A stretch of 61,126 nt of DNA from a virus (taxonomy: Duplodnaviria; Caudoviricetes): the IMG/VR virus record IMGVR_UViG_3300008954_003412, positions 1-61,126 of that record; one strand, given 5' to 3'. Position numbers and translations under genes: made by a program. Below the pieces are notes generated by a model, which had not been told where the DNA came from, searched no databases, and saw only the letters and a list, made by a program, of their open reading frames with translations. The first letter of the stretch is position 1; every line of letters starts with the position of its first letter. This document shows, piece after piece, positions 28,617 to 38,039 of this stretch.

Positions 28617-29574
28617 AAACAATCTTTTGAACTGGGTTTTTCAAGATAAAGACCCAAAATTAAGCAAAGAGCCAGAATATGTCTTTGACATGTTTTTAGA
28701 TCATATTCAGGCATCTTACGACGAGTGGAATCCTGATTCCGAATTAATAAAAATTCAAGTAAGAGATTTTAACAAAAACGACTATGATTTAGACTATTTT
28801 TCATTTTTATTTGAAATTGAAAAAGAAGCGATTGAATCAAATATTTACTCTCATTTTTTAATTCATGGAAGTTGTGCTGATCTTAAGATTGTTAAAGGGT
28901 GGAGTGACTTTGATTCAATTGCAGTTTTAAAATCTGAGTCATTGAATAAAGAAAATCGAAAAAGAACATTCGAATCTTGTTTGAAAATAGATAAAATAAT
29001 GAGAAAAATGGACCCATACCAACATCACGGAGTTCACTTTCTTCATGAAAAAGATTTGCTTTCATTTCCCAATCTTTATCTTCCTTGCGATCTCTTAAAA
29101 GATAGCAAATGTATTTTGAGTAGCAAAGAAATAAGTTTGGGAAAATGTGATTCTCATAGTTTGGAAAAAAGGAGATTTCATGGAATCATTAATACGCTTG
29201 TTACTTCTGGAAAAGAAGGAATCCTTAGGCATCATGCGAAAGACGGGAAATATCTTTTAGAAAACTATGAAGATATAAATACAATGTACCAGCTCAAGTA
29301 TTTGCTTAGTGTGATTATGCTACTTCCTACACTGTGGTTAAATCTTAGAGGAAATTATTGTCGCAAAGAAGATTCGTATAAATTGATTAGAAATCATTTT
29401 TCTTCAAGTGAGTTAGAAATTCTCGAAATAGCATCAAATATTAGATCACAATGGAAAGAATATTTTGTTAACGAGAATATTATACCTGATCAAGTAAAAA
29501 ATACTTTGGGGCTAAACTATCTCAAGCGCGCAGCAAAATATGCAAAATTATTGGAGCAACGTCTTGTTTCTTGA
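28588..29574 (+). CDS. Nucleotidyltransferase-fold protein
   Basis: HGSCAD...WSDFD (GS...DxD). Confidence 0.6.
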   Translation: MSLKASQITRNNLLNWVFQDKDPKLSKEPEYVFDMFLDHIQASYDEWNPDSELIKIQVRDFNKNDYDLDYFSFLFEIEKEAIESNIYSHFLIHGSCADLKIVKGWSDFDSIAVLKSESLNKENRKRTFESCLKIDKIMRKMDPYQHHGVHFLHEKDLLSFPNLYLPCDLLKDSKCILSSKEISLGKCDSHSLEKRRFHGIINTLVTSGKEGILRHHAKDGKYLLENYEDINTMYQLKYLLSVIMLLPTLWLNLRGNYCRKEDSYKLIRNHFSSSELEILEIASNIRSQWKEYFVNENIIPDQVKNTLGLNYLKRAAKYAKLLEQRLVS

Positions 29575-30439
29575 AGGAAAGACTCGAAAAGACTATGACA
29601 AGGCAATTCAAAAGTTTTGTCAAGATAATCCAGATTTAACAATTTATCTCGCCGGCGAAGTAAGTCATCCTGGGATATCTGATTTAGATTTTTTGGTAGT
29701 AGATAGAAAACCTGTTGTTAGCATCGACGTCGAACCATTTTTGATGGGGGGTAATGTCTTAATAGTTCCGGAAAAAATCATTGAAAATGTTCGAATTTTA
29801 GAAGACATAAATTTGAAGCTAATACAGGGAAAAAACTACAACTTAAATAGTCCACCAAAAGAACATAAAATTATTGAAATTTTAGAATGGCTTCCTGAAA
29901 GAATCTTAAAATGCACGTGGAATTTATCCAATGGGCATAAAATAGATGACACGCTCTTATTGCAAAAATCTATCAACAGAAGTATTGATAGCGTTTCTTT
30001 GCTATTAGGTAGATCATATGAAAATATCTCTACAGACAAAGCAAGAAAAGAAAACTTTAGCAGCAAATATCTTCTTGAAAATTCAATAAGAGAAGGATTA
30101 TCTGCTTGGAAAGATTTTGAAGAGTATTTAAAAGATACAAAAATATTGTCGGGAGAAGTAACTGGAAATTTAGAATTTTGTAAATACTACTCTTTTTGTG
30201 ATACATTTAATAGTCTTCTTCTTTACTTTCATTTGCTGTCTAAGCAAAACTCATCGATAAGTAAGGCATTAAAAAAGAGATCATCAATGAAAGTTGAAAA
30301 TTTTTTAATAGATGAAGAATTAGAAGTATATGCACGTGAAAGGTGGAGCTTATTAAGTCAGACTCTTGACTGGTTTAATGAAAAGAACTATAAGCAAGGT
30401 ATGATCAAATATGGTTGGTTTTTGAATGATTTTAAATGA
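29540..30439 (+). CDS. Nucleotidyltransferase-fold protein
   Basis: YLAGEVSHPGISDLDFLVV. Confidence 0.55.
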   Translation: MQNYWSNVLFLEGKTRKDYDKAIQKFCQDNPDLTIYLAGEVSHPGISDLDFLVVDRKPVVSIDVEPFLMGGNVLIVPEKIIENVRILEDINLKLIQGKNYNLNSPPKEHKIIEILEWLPERILKCTWNLSNGHKIDDTLLLQKSINRSIDSVSLLLGRSYENISTDKARKENFSSKYLLENSIREGLSAWKDFEEYLKDTKILSGEVTGNLEFCKYYSFCDTFNSLLLYFHLLSKQNSSISKALKKRSSMKVENFLIDEELEVYARERWSLLSQTLDWFNEKNYKQGMIKYGWFLNDFK

Positions 30440-31688
30440 AGACTTTATAAAAGAATGCTTTGATACAAAGAAAACCCTGATAGGGAATGATGAATTTGTA
30501 GATTTTATCACAAAAAGATTTCCTGCCAAGATTCATAAGTTTAAAAGTGGCACCAAAGTTTTTGATTGGATAATACCAAAAAAGTGGAAAGTAAGCAAGG
30601 CACAACTTAAAGCTTTAGATGGAAAAGTAGTTTTAGATTATGATTTTAATAATCTAAATTTAATGACGTATAGCAGCCCATTTTCAGGAATATTAGAAAA
30701 AGAAATTCTTGATGATCACCTCTATTTTAAAGAAAGTATTCCTAATGCAATCCCGTGGATTCATAGCTACTATGCAGAAAACTGGGGCTTTTGTTTAACA
30801 AAAAATCAATACAACAATCTAAGCGATAAAAAGTATGAAGTTGATATTCAAACTGAGTTTGTTGATGATTTTTTAAATATTGCAGAGTTAGAAATCAAAG
30901 GAAAGACTGATAAGGAAGTAATTTTTACTTCGTATACATGCCATCCTCAAATGGCGTCAGATAATGTATCAGGAATACTTCTGCTTCTAGAGCTTTACAA
31001 CTTACTAAAAGATAGAAAAGATCTAAAGTTTACTTATAAATTCTTCTTTTTTCCAGAGACTATTGGGAGCATAACACTGTTATCGAGCCGACTAATAAAG
31101 CCAGAAAACATAGAATATGCACTCATAGGAACGTGCACTGGAACAGGTGAAGAAATTCATTATAAGAAAACTCATGAGAATAATCACTCATTAGATCTAA
31201 TAATTGAAGACGTTTTAAGTAGTTATAAAAATGTAAAAATTAGAGACTATTGGCCAACTGGTGGAAGCGATGAAAGACAATTAAGTAGTCCAAAAATAAG
31301 AATACCGACCGGAACAGTTATGAGAGCTCCTTATGGAGAATATGACGAGTATCATACGTCATTAGATGATTTATCTCTTATGTCTATTGATAAGATAAAA
31401 GAAATAGCAAACATACATGAAGAGATTGTTTTAAAATATGAATCATATCCAAAGTATTTAGTTGCCCACGATGGGTGTGAGCCATTTTTATCAAAATACA
31501 ATCTTTATAGAACAGTGGGTGGAACACATCAGAATTATGAATACGAAGCAATAAGAAGCTGGGTTTTATTTTTATCTGACGGAAAAAACAATATCAAAGA
31601 TATGTCAAAAAAATCCGGATTTTCTGAAGAAAAGATTCAAAAAACTGTCAATATTTTAGTTGAAAATAAAATCATAGAGGAAATTTAA
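30426..31688 (+). CDS. DUF4910/DUF2172 aminopeptidase-like polysaccharide-modification protein with C-terminal winged HTH
   Basis: SGTKVFDW; AIPWIHSYY..WGFC; CHPQMASDNVSG; PETIGSI; GSDERQ; EYHTSLDD. Confidence 0.88.
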   Translation: MILNEDFIKECFDTKKTLIGNDEFVDFITKRFPAKIHKFKSGTKVFDWIIPKKWKVSKAQLKALDGKVVLDYDFNNLNLMTYSSPFSGILEKEILDDHLYFKESIPNAIPWIHSYYAENWGFCLTKNQYNNLSDKKYEVDIQTEFVDDFLNIAELEIKGKTDKEVIFTSYTCHPQMASDNVSGILLLLELYNLLKDRKDLKFTYKFFFFPETIGSITLLSSRLIKPENIEYALIGTCTGTGEEIHYKKTHENNHSLDLIIEDVLSSYKNVKIRDYWPTGGSDERQLSSPKIRIPTGTVMRAPYGEYDEYHTSLDDLSLMSIDKIKEIANIHEEIVLKYESYPKYLVAHDGCEPFLSKYNLYRTVGGTHQNYEYEAIRSWVLFLSDGKNNIKDMSKKSGFSEEKIQKTVNILVENKIIEEI

Positions 31689-31692
31689 ATAA

Positions 31693-33354
31693 ATGAAAAC
31701 AATTGCAGAAACTGCCTTTAATCACAATGGTGATCCTGAGTATTTGTGGAGCTTAATAAGTGAAGCTAATAATTCAAAAGCAGATTATGTAACAGTTCAA
31801 GTTATGGACACAGATAGTTTTTGTGTCAAAGACTATGAAAGATATCAGACGTATATTGATACTGAGATAGCATGGAAAAACTGGGTCCACATCTTTGATA
31901 AATGCAAAGAAGCAAATATCAAAGTAATCCCTTGCATACTTGAGGAAACATCCCTGCAGCGCTGCTATGAATATGGATTTAGATTTTTTAAAATTCATGC
32001 GACAGATATTACGAACAAATGTTTTCTAGAAAAAATTGCTTTATATGACGACTGTGTAGTTATTCTTGAAACACAATGTGCTACCAATTTTGACATAAGA
32101 TTTGCACTTGATATCTTGAAAGACAAAGTTGTATGTCTTATGCACGGATTCAGTGATTATCCCACAGAGTTTGAAAACCTTAATTTAAATGCGCTTGATC
32201 ACCTTAAAGAAGAGTTTAATATTCCTACGGGCTTTGCTGACCACTCCTTAGACACACTCGGTATTCCTGTTATGTGTCTATCTAAGGGCTGTGAGTTTAT
32301 TGAAAAGCATATTACACTAACAAGAAATAATAGAAACTTTGACTGGCAGGTTTCGTTATACCCAAACCAGTTTTTGTCAATGGTTTCAAATATTGTGCAC
32401 TACAAGAATGCGATGCAAGGAACTGGTGTTAAGCACCCAACTAAAAGAGAGCTAAGCTATAGATCTGTTCTTTATAAAAAAGTTATTGACAATAGCACGA
32501 ATATGCTTCGTGCTGATTCCGGAATTGACTATATTGGGTCTTCATTTGAGAAATTTAAAAAAAATAATACTGGTGTTGCAGTTATTGCACGACTTAAATC
32601 ACAAAGACTCAAAGAAAAAGTTCTTAAACCTTTTCACACCAACTCTATGATAGTTGACCTTTGTAATCGAGTTTCTTTATCTGGGTTTCCGATTTTTTTA
32701 GCAACTTCAAACTTAAAAGAAGATAAACCTCTTTTAGAATTATGCAAGAATAACAAGATAAAAACTTATGCAGGACACCCGCAGTCAGTTTTAGATAGAA
32801 TGCTCTGGTTAGCTTTTAAAAATGAGTGGGGCGGAATTTTTAGGGTTACGGGTGATAATCCTTTTACAGATCCTGACCTTATGAAAGAAATGTCTAAAAT
32901 GCTAGTCGAAGAAGATCTAGATTATGTAAGAGTAAATGGCGCACCATTTGGAACAACAGCAGAGCTTTTTTCTACGGGCTATCTTTGGAACCTTTATTTA
33001 GAAATGAAAAATCCAATGAACTCTGAATATTTATCCTGGTTTGTTTTGAATGATAAAAATGCAAAGTCAGGAGCAATAAATCTATCTTTAAATAATGATG
33101 ATTTAAAGTTTGTCAATCTTTCTGTTGACTATAAAGAAGATCTAGATAGATGCCTAAGTATTTTAAACAAACTAAACAAGCGTGATTTTAATGAAATAGC
33201 GTTTAATGAAATAATAAACACGATTGATACAGGCGATATTGTTAACAAAAACAAGATAGTAAAATTACCAGAAGGAAAATCTATTACATTGTCTAAATAT
33301 GTTGAAATAATAGAAGACAAACACAAATATATGATTTCTAAAAAACTAAAATGA
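31693..33354 (+). CDS. Fusion of divergent NeuB-like synthase and SpsF-like cytidylyltransferase
   Basis: IAETAFNHNGD, GFADHS, IEKHITL; then IARLKSQRLKEKVL and RVTGDNPFTDP. Confidence 0.82.
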   Translation: MKTIAETAFNHNGDPEYLWSLISEANNSKADYVTVQVMDTDSFCVKDYERYQTYIDTEIAWKNWVHIFDKCKEANIKVIPCILEETSLQRCYEYGFRFFKIHATDITNKCFLEKIALYDDCVVILETQCATNFDIRFALDILKDKVVCLMHGFSDYPTEFENLNLNALDHLKEEFNIPTGFADHSLDTLGIPVMCLSKGCEFIEKHITLTRNNRNFDWQVSLYPNQFLSMVSNIVHYKNAMQGTGVKHPTKRELSYRSVLYKKVIDNSTNMLRADSGIDYIGSSFEKFKKNNTGVAVIARLKSQRLKEKVLKPFHTNSMIVDLCNRVSLSGFPIFLATSNLKEDKPLLELCKNNKIKTYAGHPQSVLDRMLWLAFKNEWGGIFRVTGDNPFTDPDLMKEMSKMLVEEDLDYVRVNGAPFGTTAELFSTGYLWNLYLEMKNPMNSEYLSWFVLNDKNAKSGAINLSLNNDDLKFVNLSVDYKEDLDRCLSILNKLNKRDFNEIAFNEIINTIDTGDIVNKNKIVKLPEGKSITLSKYVEIIEDKHKYMISKKLK

Positions 33355-34178
33355 CAAATAAATCTTTAGAAAAACATGTTGAATTTCAAGTTGACAAATT
33401 TGAAAACTCTCTTAATTTATTTTTTGAATCTAAGATAGAAAAAGTAAAAAGTGATGCATTAGATAGAGTTCAACATATTTCAAAATCATTAAATTTATCA
33501 ACTCTTGAAAGAGAAGATCTTGAAAATATTTTTGATATGTGTCTTGTTTCGTGGCATTGGCACTTAAAGACAAGTATAAAAGAAAGATTTATGTCGATGT
33601 TTGAAAAGCATAAAAATCTTTTTGAATTTATTGATAACAAAGCAAAGAATAATCAAGATATAAAAATTCTAGATTTGGGGTGTGGATTTTGTCCTTACTG
33701 GCCTATATTTCAAAATCTTGGTATTACATCTTTTTGTGGAATAGACATGTTTGGAAATCGACAAAAAGAAAAACATGAAAATACAAATATTTTAAATGCA
33801 TCTCATTCAATTGGTGCATATTTGTTTCTTAAGAAAGAAAACTCTTTATCTAGAGAGCAAGTAATAATCTCATTAAAAGAGCAAATTGGCTTTATTTATA
33901 GAGTCTTTTTTAATTACCAGCAAAAATATCAAGAAACAGCAAAAGATGTTATAGATTTTTTCAATATAAAAGACGCAAGAATAATTCAAGAAAATGTTTT
34001 TGATTGTGATTATGTCTTATCAAAAGAAGATGAAAAAAGTTTTGATATAATTCTGTCTTTTTATCCGGGCCCTACAATTACAAAAGAAAAAATACCAGGA
34101 ATACCAAGAGAAAAATTTGATAAAATAGTAGAGAAATATCTTTCTAAAGATGGAATTTTTATCTTTAATGAAAAGTAA
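33351..34178 (+). CDS. Class I SAM-dependent methyltransferase
   Basis: ILDLGCG; GID; FDII; L..DGIF. Confidence 0.7.
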   Translation: MTNKSLEKHVEFQVDKFENSLNLFFESKIEKVKSDALDRVQHISKSLNLSTLEREDLENIFDMCLVSWHWHLKTSIKERFMSMFEKHKNLFEFIDNKAKNNQDIKILDLGCGFCPYWPIFQNLGITSFCGIDMFGNRQKEKHENTNILNASHSIGAYLFLKKENSLSREQVIISLKEQIGFIYRVFFNYQQKYQETAKDVIDFFNIKDARIIQENVFDCDYVLSKEDEKSFDIILSFYPGPTITKEKIPGIPREKFDKIVEKYLSKDGIFIFNEK

Positions 34179-34186
34179 CTTAAGCA

Positions 34187-34861
34187 ATGAACAATAAAAA
34201 TAATATTCTTGTTAGCGTTATTATAACATGCTACAATCTTGAAAAATACATTAGTAGAGCAATTAATAGCTGCATAAATCAGACTTTGCCAGAAAACCAA
34301 TATGAGATTATTGTTGTAGATGATTGTTCTACAGATAGTTCATGGGAAGTAATCTCCCAGTTTAAGGGAATTGCAAAAGTTGCAAGATTAGAAAAAAATT
34401 CCGGTGTCTCTGCTGCATCTAACAAGGCGATAGAAATGTCGTCAGGAAAATATGTTGTAAGAGTTGACGGCGATGACTTCATTAATAAAAACTTTCTTCA
34501 TACAATGTCAGAAGTTCTAGAGTGGAATGACGATATCGGGTTTGTTTATTGCGATCAGATTATTGTCGACAAAGATCTGAGCAGAAAAAAAGAGATCAAT
34601 ACACTTGATCACTTGCTAGATAACGGCGCCGGAGTCCTCCTCAGAAGAAGATATCTTGATGCTATTGGCTTCTATGACGAAACGCTTAGAAATAGAGAAG
34701 ATTACGATCTTTTATTGCGTTACATTAAAAACTTTGACGGATACCGGTTAAGATTACCATATTATAGGTATTTTAAAAGAGAAGGATCTCTTTCTACAAA
34801 AGACTGCGAAAGAGAAACAATTAAAAATTCGATCGATAAGGATAAAAATGTCAAAAGTTGA
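34187..34861 (+). CDS. GT2 family glycosyltransferase
   Basis: VSVIITCYN; VVDDCSTD; VDGDD; EDYDL. Confidence 0.92.
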   Translation: MNNKNNILVSVIITCYNLEKYISRAINSCINQTLPENQYEIIVVDDCSTDSSWEVISQFKGIAKVARLEKNSGVSAASNKAIEMSSGKYVVRVDGDDFINKNFLHTMSEVLEWNDDIGFVYCDQIIVDKDLSRKKEINTLDHLLDNGAGVLLRRRYLDAIGFYDETLRNREDYDLLLRYIKNFDGYRLRLPYYRYFKREGSLSTKDCERETIKNSIDKDKNVKS

Positions 34862-35918
34862 TAATCTTTGGGAAAATCTAAAATCAGGTAAGCCGTTCTT
34901 TATTGCAGAGGCAGGAGTAAATCATTTAGGATCAATCGATCTAGGTGAGAGACTCATTAGAGAAGCAGCTCAAGCGGGAGCTCATGCAATCAAGTTTCAG
35001 TCATATAAAGCAAAAAATCTGTGTATTAAAAATGCTCCAAGGTTTTGGGACTGGGAAGGTGAGCTAGAAGAGGATGGGACTCAGTTTGATTCTTACTCAC
35101 ACTTAGATTCATTTGGGGAGCCCGAGCATGCTGAGCTCAAACGTCTTTGTGATCACTATGATATTGAATTTATGTCCACGCCGTTTGATGATGATGCCAC
35201 AGACTATTTAGATAGAGTGGGAATCAATGCATACAAAATTGCATCATGCGATGTAACAAATCATCCGCTTCTTTCTCACGTAGGTTCAAAGAAAAAGATT
35301 GTAATGCTATCAACGGGAGCTGCATCTTTAGATGAGATTCAAGAGGCAGTAAATGTTTTAGAATCAGCTGGAACTGACAAGATCGTAATTATGCATTGTA
35401 ATCTCAAGTATCCTACAAAACCAAGTCAGATTAATCTATCAATGATTAAGTCTATTAAAGAAAAATTTGGTGATAAATATTTATACGGCTTATCTGATCA
35501 TACAATGACTGTTGAAACTCCTGCATTTTCTTTAATGCTCGGGGCAAATATTGTAGAAAAGCACTACACAGTAGATAAGACTTTGGAAAAAAGTGCAGAT
35601 CATTGGCTTTCTGTTGATCCCGTTCAAGTAAAAGAAATTGTTAGATTAATGAATCTTTCTTGCAAGATGATTGGGGAGTCTGAAGTAAAGAAATGCACTG
35701 ATAGCGAAGAAAGAGCAAGAAAATATGCTAGAAGAAGTGTCGTCTCGCTAGGATCAATCAAGGCAGGTGAAGTATTTACCAGAGATAATATTGCTTGTAA
35801 ACGTCCAGGGACCGGAATATCCCCTAAGCATTTTGATGATATCTTAGGGACAAGAGCAGAAAACAATATCGAAGAAGATACAATTTTGAATAAAAAAGAT
35901 TTAAGGATAACATTCTAA
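34848..35918 (+). CDS. neuB: NeuB/SpsE-family nonulosonic acid synthase with SAF domain
   Basis: IAEAGVNH; KFQ; STPFD; KIASCD; LSTG; GLSDHT; EKHYT; KRPGTG. Confidence 0.92.
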   Translation: MSKVDNLWENLKSGKPFFIAEAGVNHLGSIDLGERLIREAAQAGAHAIKFQSYKAKNLCIKNAPRFWDWEGELEEDGTQFDSYSHLDSFGEPEHAELKRLCDHYDIEFMSTPFDDDATDYLDRVGINAYKIASCDVTNHPLLSHVGSKKKIVMLSTGAASLDEIQEAVNVLESAGTDKIVIMHCNLKYPTKPSQINLSMIKSIKEKFGDKYLYGLSDHTMTVETPAFSLMLGANIVEKHYTVDKTLEKSADHWLSVDPVQVKEIVRLMNLSCKMIGESEVKKCTDSEERARKYARRSVVSLGSIKAGEVFTRDNIACKRPGTGISPKHFDDILGTRAENNIEEDTILNKKDLRITF

Positions 35919-36934
35919 TGAAAATAGGAATAGTAGGACAAGGCTTTGTGGGCTCGGCAGTAAGAGAAGGTTTAAGAGACTACTTTGATCTTGCAACTTT
36001 TGACTTAAATAAAAAAGAAGACTTCGCTGTAAACGAATTAAGCAATCTAGTTTATCAATCAAATATTATTTTTCAATGCCTCCCAACACCAATGAGAAAG
36101 TCCGGAGAATGTGATACTCGATTAGTTGAAAATACAGTTCTTGAAATTGATAGACTTGCTGGAGAATTTAACTTTAATGATAGAATCGTAGTTATTAAAT
36201 CAACAGTCCCGCCTGGCACAACAGAGCACCTTAATAGTAAAGTTGAAAATATTCAAGTAGTATTCAATCCTGAGTTTCTTACAGAAGCCAATGCAATCAA
36301 TGACTATAAAAACCAGAATAGAATTATTATAGGTGGCCCTCGCCCTGCAACTTCAGTTCTTAAGACAGTATTTGACAAAGCATTTCCAAAAGCTTCGATT
36401 ATTAAAACTGGTTCAAATACAGCCGAGATGGTAAAGTATTTCATCAATACATTTTTATCTACAAAGGTAAGTTTTGCAAATGAGATTCGACAGATTTGCG
36501 AAAAGTCAAATATTGACTACGATAAAGTTGTTGAATATGCGCTCTATGACCAACGCCTAGGAAAATCACACTTCTCTTCCCCAGGCCCAGATGGATCTTA
36601 TGGATTTGGTGGTCATTGTGTTAGGGGAAATGTAAAAGTAAAAACAAATCAAGGCGGCATATCATTTGAAGAGCTATATAATAAATTTGTTGATAGTAGC
36701 ATTCTGAACATGACCATTGAGAGTACAAACTACTTATTAGACGAGCATGAAGCTAAAAATATAAAATGTGTTACGAAAAATTCTTATTCTGGGCAAATGA
36801 TTAAGTTGATATTTGGTAAACATGCTTTCGAGTGCACAGAGAATCACTTAATACCCATTAAAAGAGCCGGAGTAGATTTACTCATAGAAGCAAAATATAT
36901 TACATGTAAAGATGAAATATATATAGCACACTGA
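35918..36934 (+). CDS. ugd: UDP-glucose/GDP-mannose dehydrogenase N-part (233 aa) fused to split-intein N-half (105 aa)
   Basis: GQGFVG, CLPTP, KSTVPPGT, NPEFL, AEMVKY, SFANE, GFGGH, then intein CVRGNVKVKT...CTENH. Confidence 0.92.
   Translation: MKIGIVGQGFVGSAVREGLRDYFDLATFDLNKKEDFAVNELSNLVYQSNIIFQCLPTPMRKSGECDTRLVENTVLEIDRLAGEFNFNDRIVVIKSTVPPGTTEHLNSKVENIQVVFNPEFLTEANAINDYKNQNRIIIGGPRPATSVLKTVFDKAFPKASIIKTGSNTAEMVKYFINTFLSTKVSFANEIRQICEKSNIDYDKVVEYALYDQRLGKSHFSSPGPDGSYGFGGHCVRGNVKVKTNQGGISFEELYNKFVDSSILNMTIESTNYLLDEHEAKNIKCVTKNSYSGQMIKLIFGKHAFECTENHLIPIKRAGVDLLIEAKYITCKDEIYIAH
36617..36931 (+). mobile_element. Split intein, N-terminal half (IntN)
   Basis: Block A C1-VRGNVKVKT directly after GFGGH; block B CTENHLI (TxxH); ends EAKYITCKDEIY then stop. 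Confidence 0.88.
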
Positions 36935-36952
36935 TACCTATAACAGAAGACA

Positions 36953-37741
36953 ATGACCGATGGATACCAAATGTCGTTTATAAGATACTGCTCTACGGGT
37001 AAAGATAATTTACCTAATACAAAAACGATTTGTCACGTTGTTTGTGATTTGTGTGAAAGTGAATTTAATAGAAAATACACGACGAGACAAAAGCACTTGA
37101 AAGATTCCGACATTGCTGGCGACTTTTGTCAAGGCTGCATACAAAAACTACCAGCGAAAAGAAAGAAAATGTCAGCGGCAATAAAAAATATGATAAAAAA
37201 AGATCCTAGCTGGAGCAAAAGAAATTCTGAATCTAAGCTGGGAAAGATTAATATCGGTGATAAAAACGGAATGAAGCAATTTGATGCCCGAAAAAAAGTT
37301 TCAAACTTCCGAAAGAAAATGTTTAAAAATCCAGAAAATCGACAAAAAGTTGCAACTGCAACAGCAAAAGCCTGGGCCAATGGTAAATATGATAGTGTTA
37401 ACGTCGGGAGATGTAAATGGCATAGTTATAGAAAGAAAGATGGATCTATAGCAAAGTGCCAGGGAACGTGGGAGTTAGCATATGCTAAATGGCTAGATGA
37501 TAATGATGTCGAATTCATAGCACACCGAGGCCGAATAAAGTATGTTCAAGATGGCATTTCTAGATCATATTATCCAGACTTTTATCTGATAAAAAGTGAT
37601 GAGTACATTGATGTTAAAAATAAATATCATTTTTCACTAAACGAGGAAAAGTTTGTTCTAATTTCTGAACAAAATCCTAACATAACAATAAAAATTCTCT
37701 TTAAGAGCCAGTTAGAGAAAATGGGAGTATGCTTTGATTAA
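36953..37741 (+). CDS. Free-standing putative homing endonuclease (Zn-finger, NUMOD-like repeats, TnsA-like PD-(D/E)XK domain)
   Basis: CDLC/CQGC; SESKLG..GDKNGM; QGTWELAYAKWLD; YYPDFYL; YIDVK; lies between intein halves. Confidence 0.82.
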   Translation: MTDGYQMSFIRYCSTGKDNLPNTKTICHVVCDLCESEFNRKYTTRQKHLKDSDIAGDFCQGCIQKLPAKRKKMSAAIKNMIKKDPSWSKRNSESKLGKINIGDKNGMKQFDARKKVSNFRKKMFKNPENRQKVATATAKAWANGKYDSVNVGRCKWHSYRKKDGSIAKCQGTWELAYAKWLDDNDVEFIAHRGRIKYVQDGISRSYYPDFYLIKSDEYIDVKNKYHFSLNEEKFVLISEQNPNITIKILFKSQLEKMGVCFD

Positions 37742-37880
37742 GACAATAAAGATCGACAAGATAGAATCACTTAAGTTTACAGGAAATGTGTATAACTTAG
37801 AGCTAGTCACTAATGATTCTGCACCTGATCACGATGATTTATACTGGGTAGATGATTTGACCGGAATAATAACACATAAT
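37734..37880 (+). mobile_element. Split intein, C-terminal half (IntC)
   Basis: Block F VYNLEL; block G THN with +1 Cys. Confidence 0.9.
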
Positions 37881-38039
37881 TGTTTTCCAAAAGATTTAAA
37901 TGCGCTTATTTTTATGGCGTCTGAGCTTGGGATATCACCAACAGTTATGAAAGCTGTGTGGGAAAAGAATAACGAAGTCAGGCAGCCAGAGTTTAGAGAC
38001 TGGGAAGAAATGTCTGGAAGAGCAGTAAGCGAAGACTAA
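37734..38039 (+). CDS. ugd: Split-intein C-half (49 aa) fused to UDP-glucose dehydrogenase C-part (52 aa)
   Basis: TTG start after GGGAG; MIKTIKI..VYNLEL..IITHN then CFPKDLNAL. Confidence 0.9.
   Translation: MIKTIKIDKIESLKFTGNVYNLELVTNDSAPDHDDLYWVDDLTGIITHNCFPKDLNALIFMASELGISPTVMKAVWEKNNEVRQPEFRDWEEMSGRAVSED

Noticed and set aside
35918-38039. ugd as a pseudogene disrupted by an IS or a group I intron
   Set aside because: Both junctions carry intact intein motifs (C1, TxxH, HN/C+1), the C-half has its own RBS, and no inverted repeats or intron core were seen.
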